A stretch of 64,000 nucleotides of DNA. It comes from Octopus sinensis. Its lineage: Eukaryota. Both the position numbers and the translations under genes were made by a program. Below, piece by piece: positions 63,601-64,000 of this stretch. The stretch lies in NCBI RefSeq assembly GCF_006345805.1, contig NC_042997.1, forward strand, positions 213,094,001-213,158,000. Direction: 5' to 3'. The stretch's first letter is position 1; each line of letters starts with the position of its first letter. The notes under the pieces are model-generated. The model saw only the letters and a program-made list of their open reading frames with translations. It was not told where the DNA came from and did no database searches.

Positions 63601-64000
63601 TAGCTGTGTCGTTTGGAGATTATGGCAAGGTGTGTGTGGAAGGAGTAAATTAATTGAGCAGTATTTGAAAATAATTGATAAATATCATTATTCATTGATT
63701 TATTTGAAATCGAATGCAGAAATGGAATGAAAATTATTATATAGATTTATGATTATGTTTATTTAACTTTCTGTTGTAATTTTTTGATAAAAATGAATGT
63801 ATTTTAATTAATAATAATAATTATTTTCTTCTTTCGGTAATTGTATCTTTAGAATAGGATTTATTCGATTACTTAAAAATAAAACAATATTTTCTTGAAT
63901 TACATGAAGATTATATTGAGCAGAGTAATTAACAGAAATGCCAAAGTTAATTTATTAATCAAAATAATGATAAAAATTGTTGACAATCATGTGTTGTTCA

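Overview
Eukaryotic, AT-rich and almost entirely repeat-derived DNA. The repeat inventory looks like an octopod cephalopod (Octopus-like); this is inference from recalled repeat families, not a database result. I found no host protein-coding gene, rRNA, true tRNA or CRISPR array that I can support, and most listed ORFs are microsatellite or tandem-repeat artefacts or TE fragments. Retroelements: about 20 copies of the (GAT)n-tailed 3' end of one RTE-clade LINE (longer copies carry RT and a PHD finger; an APE fragment is separate), BovB-like and R4/Dong-like (RLE) LINE remnants, tRNA-derived SINEs, one solo LTR and Penelope-like (GIY-YIG) remnants. DNA transposons: three full-length and three partial mariner elements, fold-back MITEs and a piggyBac-type MITE. 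There is also a 29/30-bp minisatellite and many microsatellites. The most notable signal is a set of small non-coding elements in or beside (TA)n/simple-repeat tracts that carry hammerhead ribozyme (HHR) motifs. The best example is 51646-52487, a 344/365-bp structured monomer in tandem plus head-to-head inverted arrangement, matching a non-LTR retrozyme or non-autonomous Penelope-like element. Further HHRs lie at 44248-44350 (intact core) and 25974-26012, with degenerate or atypical ones elsewhere. The RTE 3' UTR also contains a variable-copy ~60-bp unit with a covarying H-type pseudoknot motif, expanded to 20 copies at 21717-22908. All coordinates were counted by hand: structured motifs should be accurate to a few nt, and TE boundaries are approximate.
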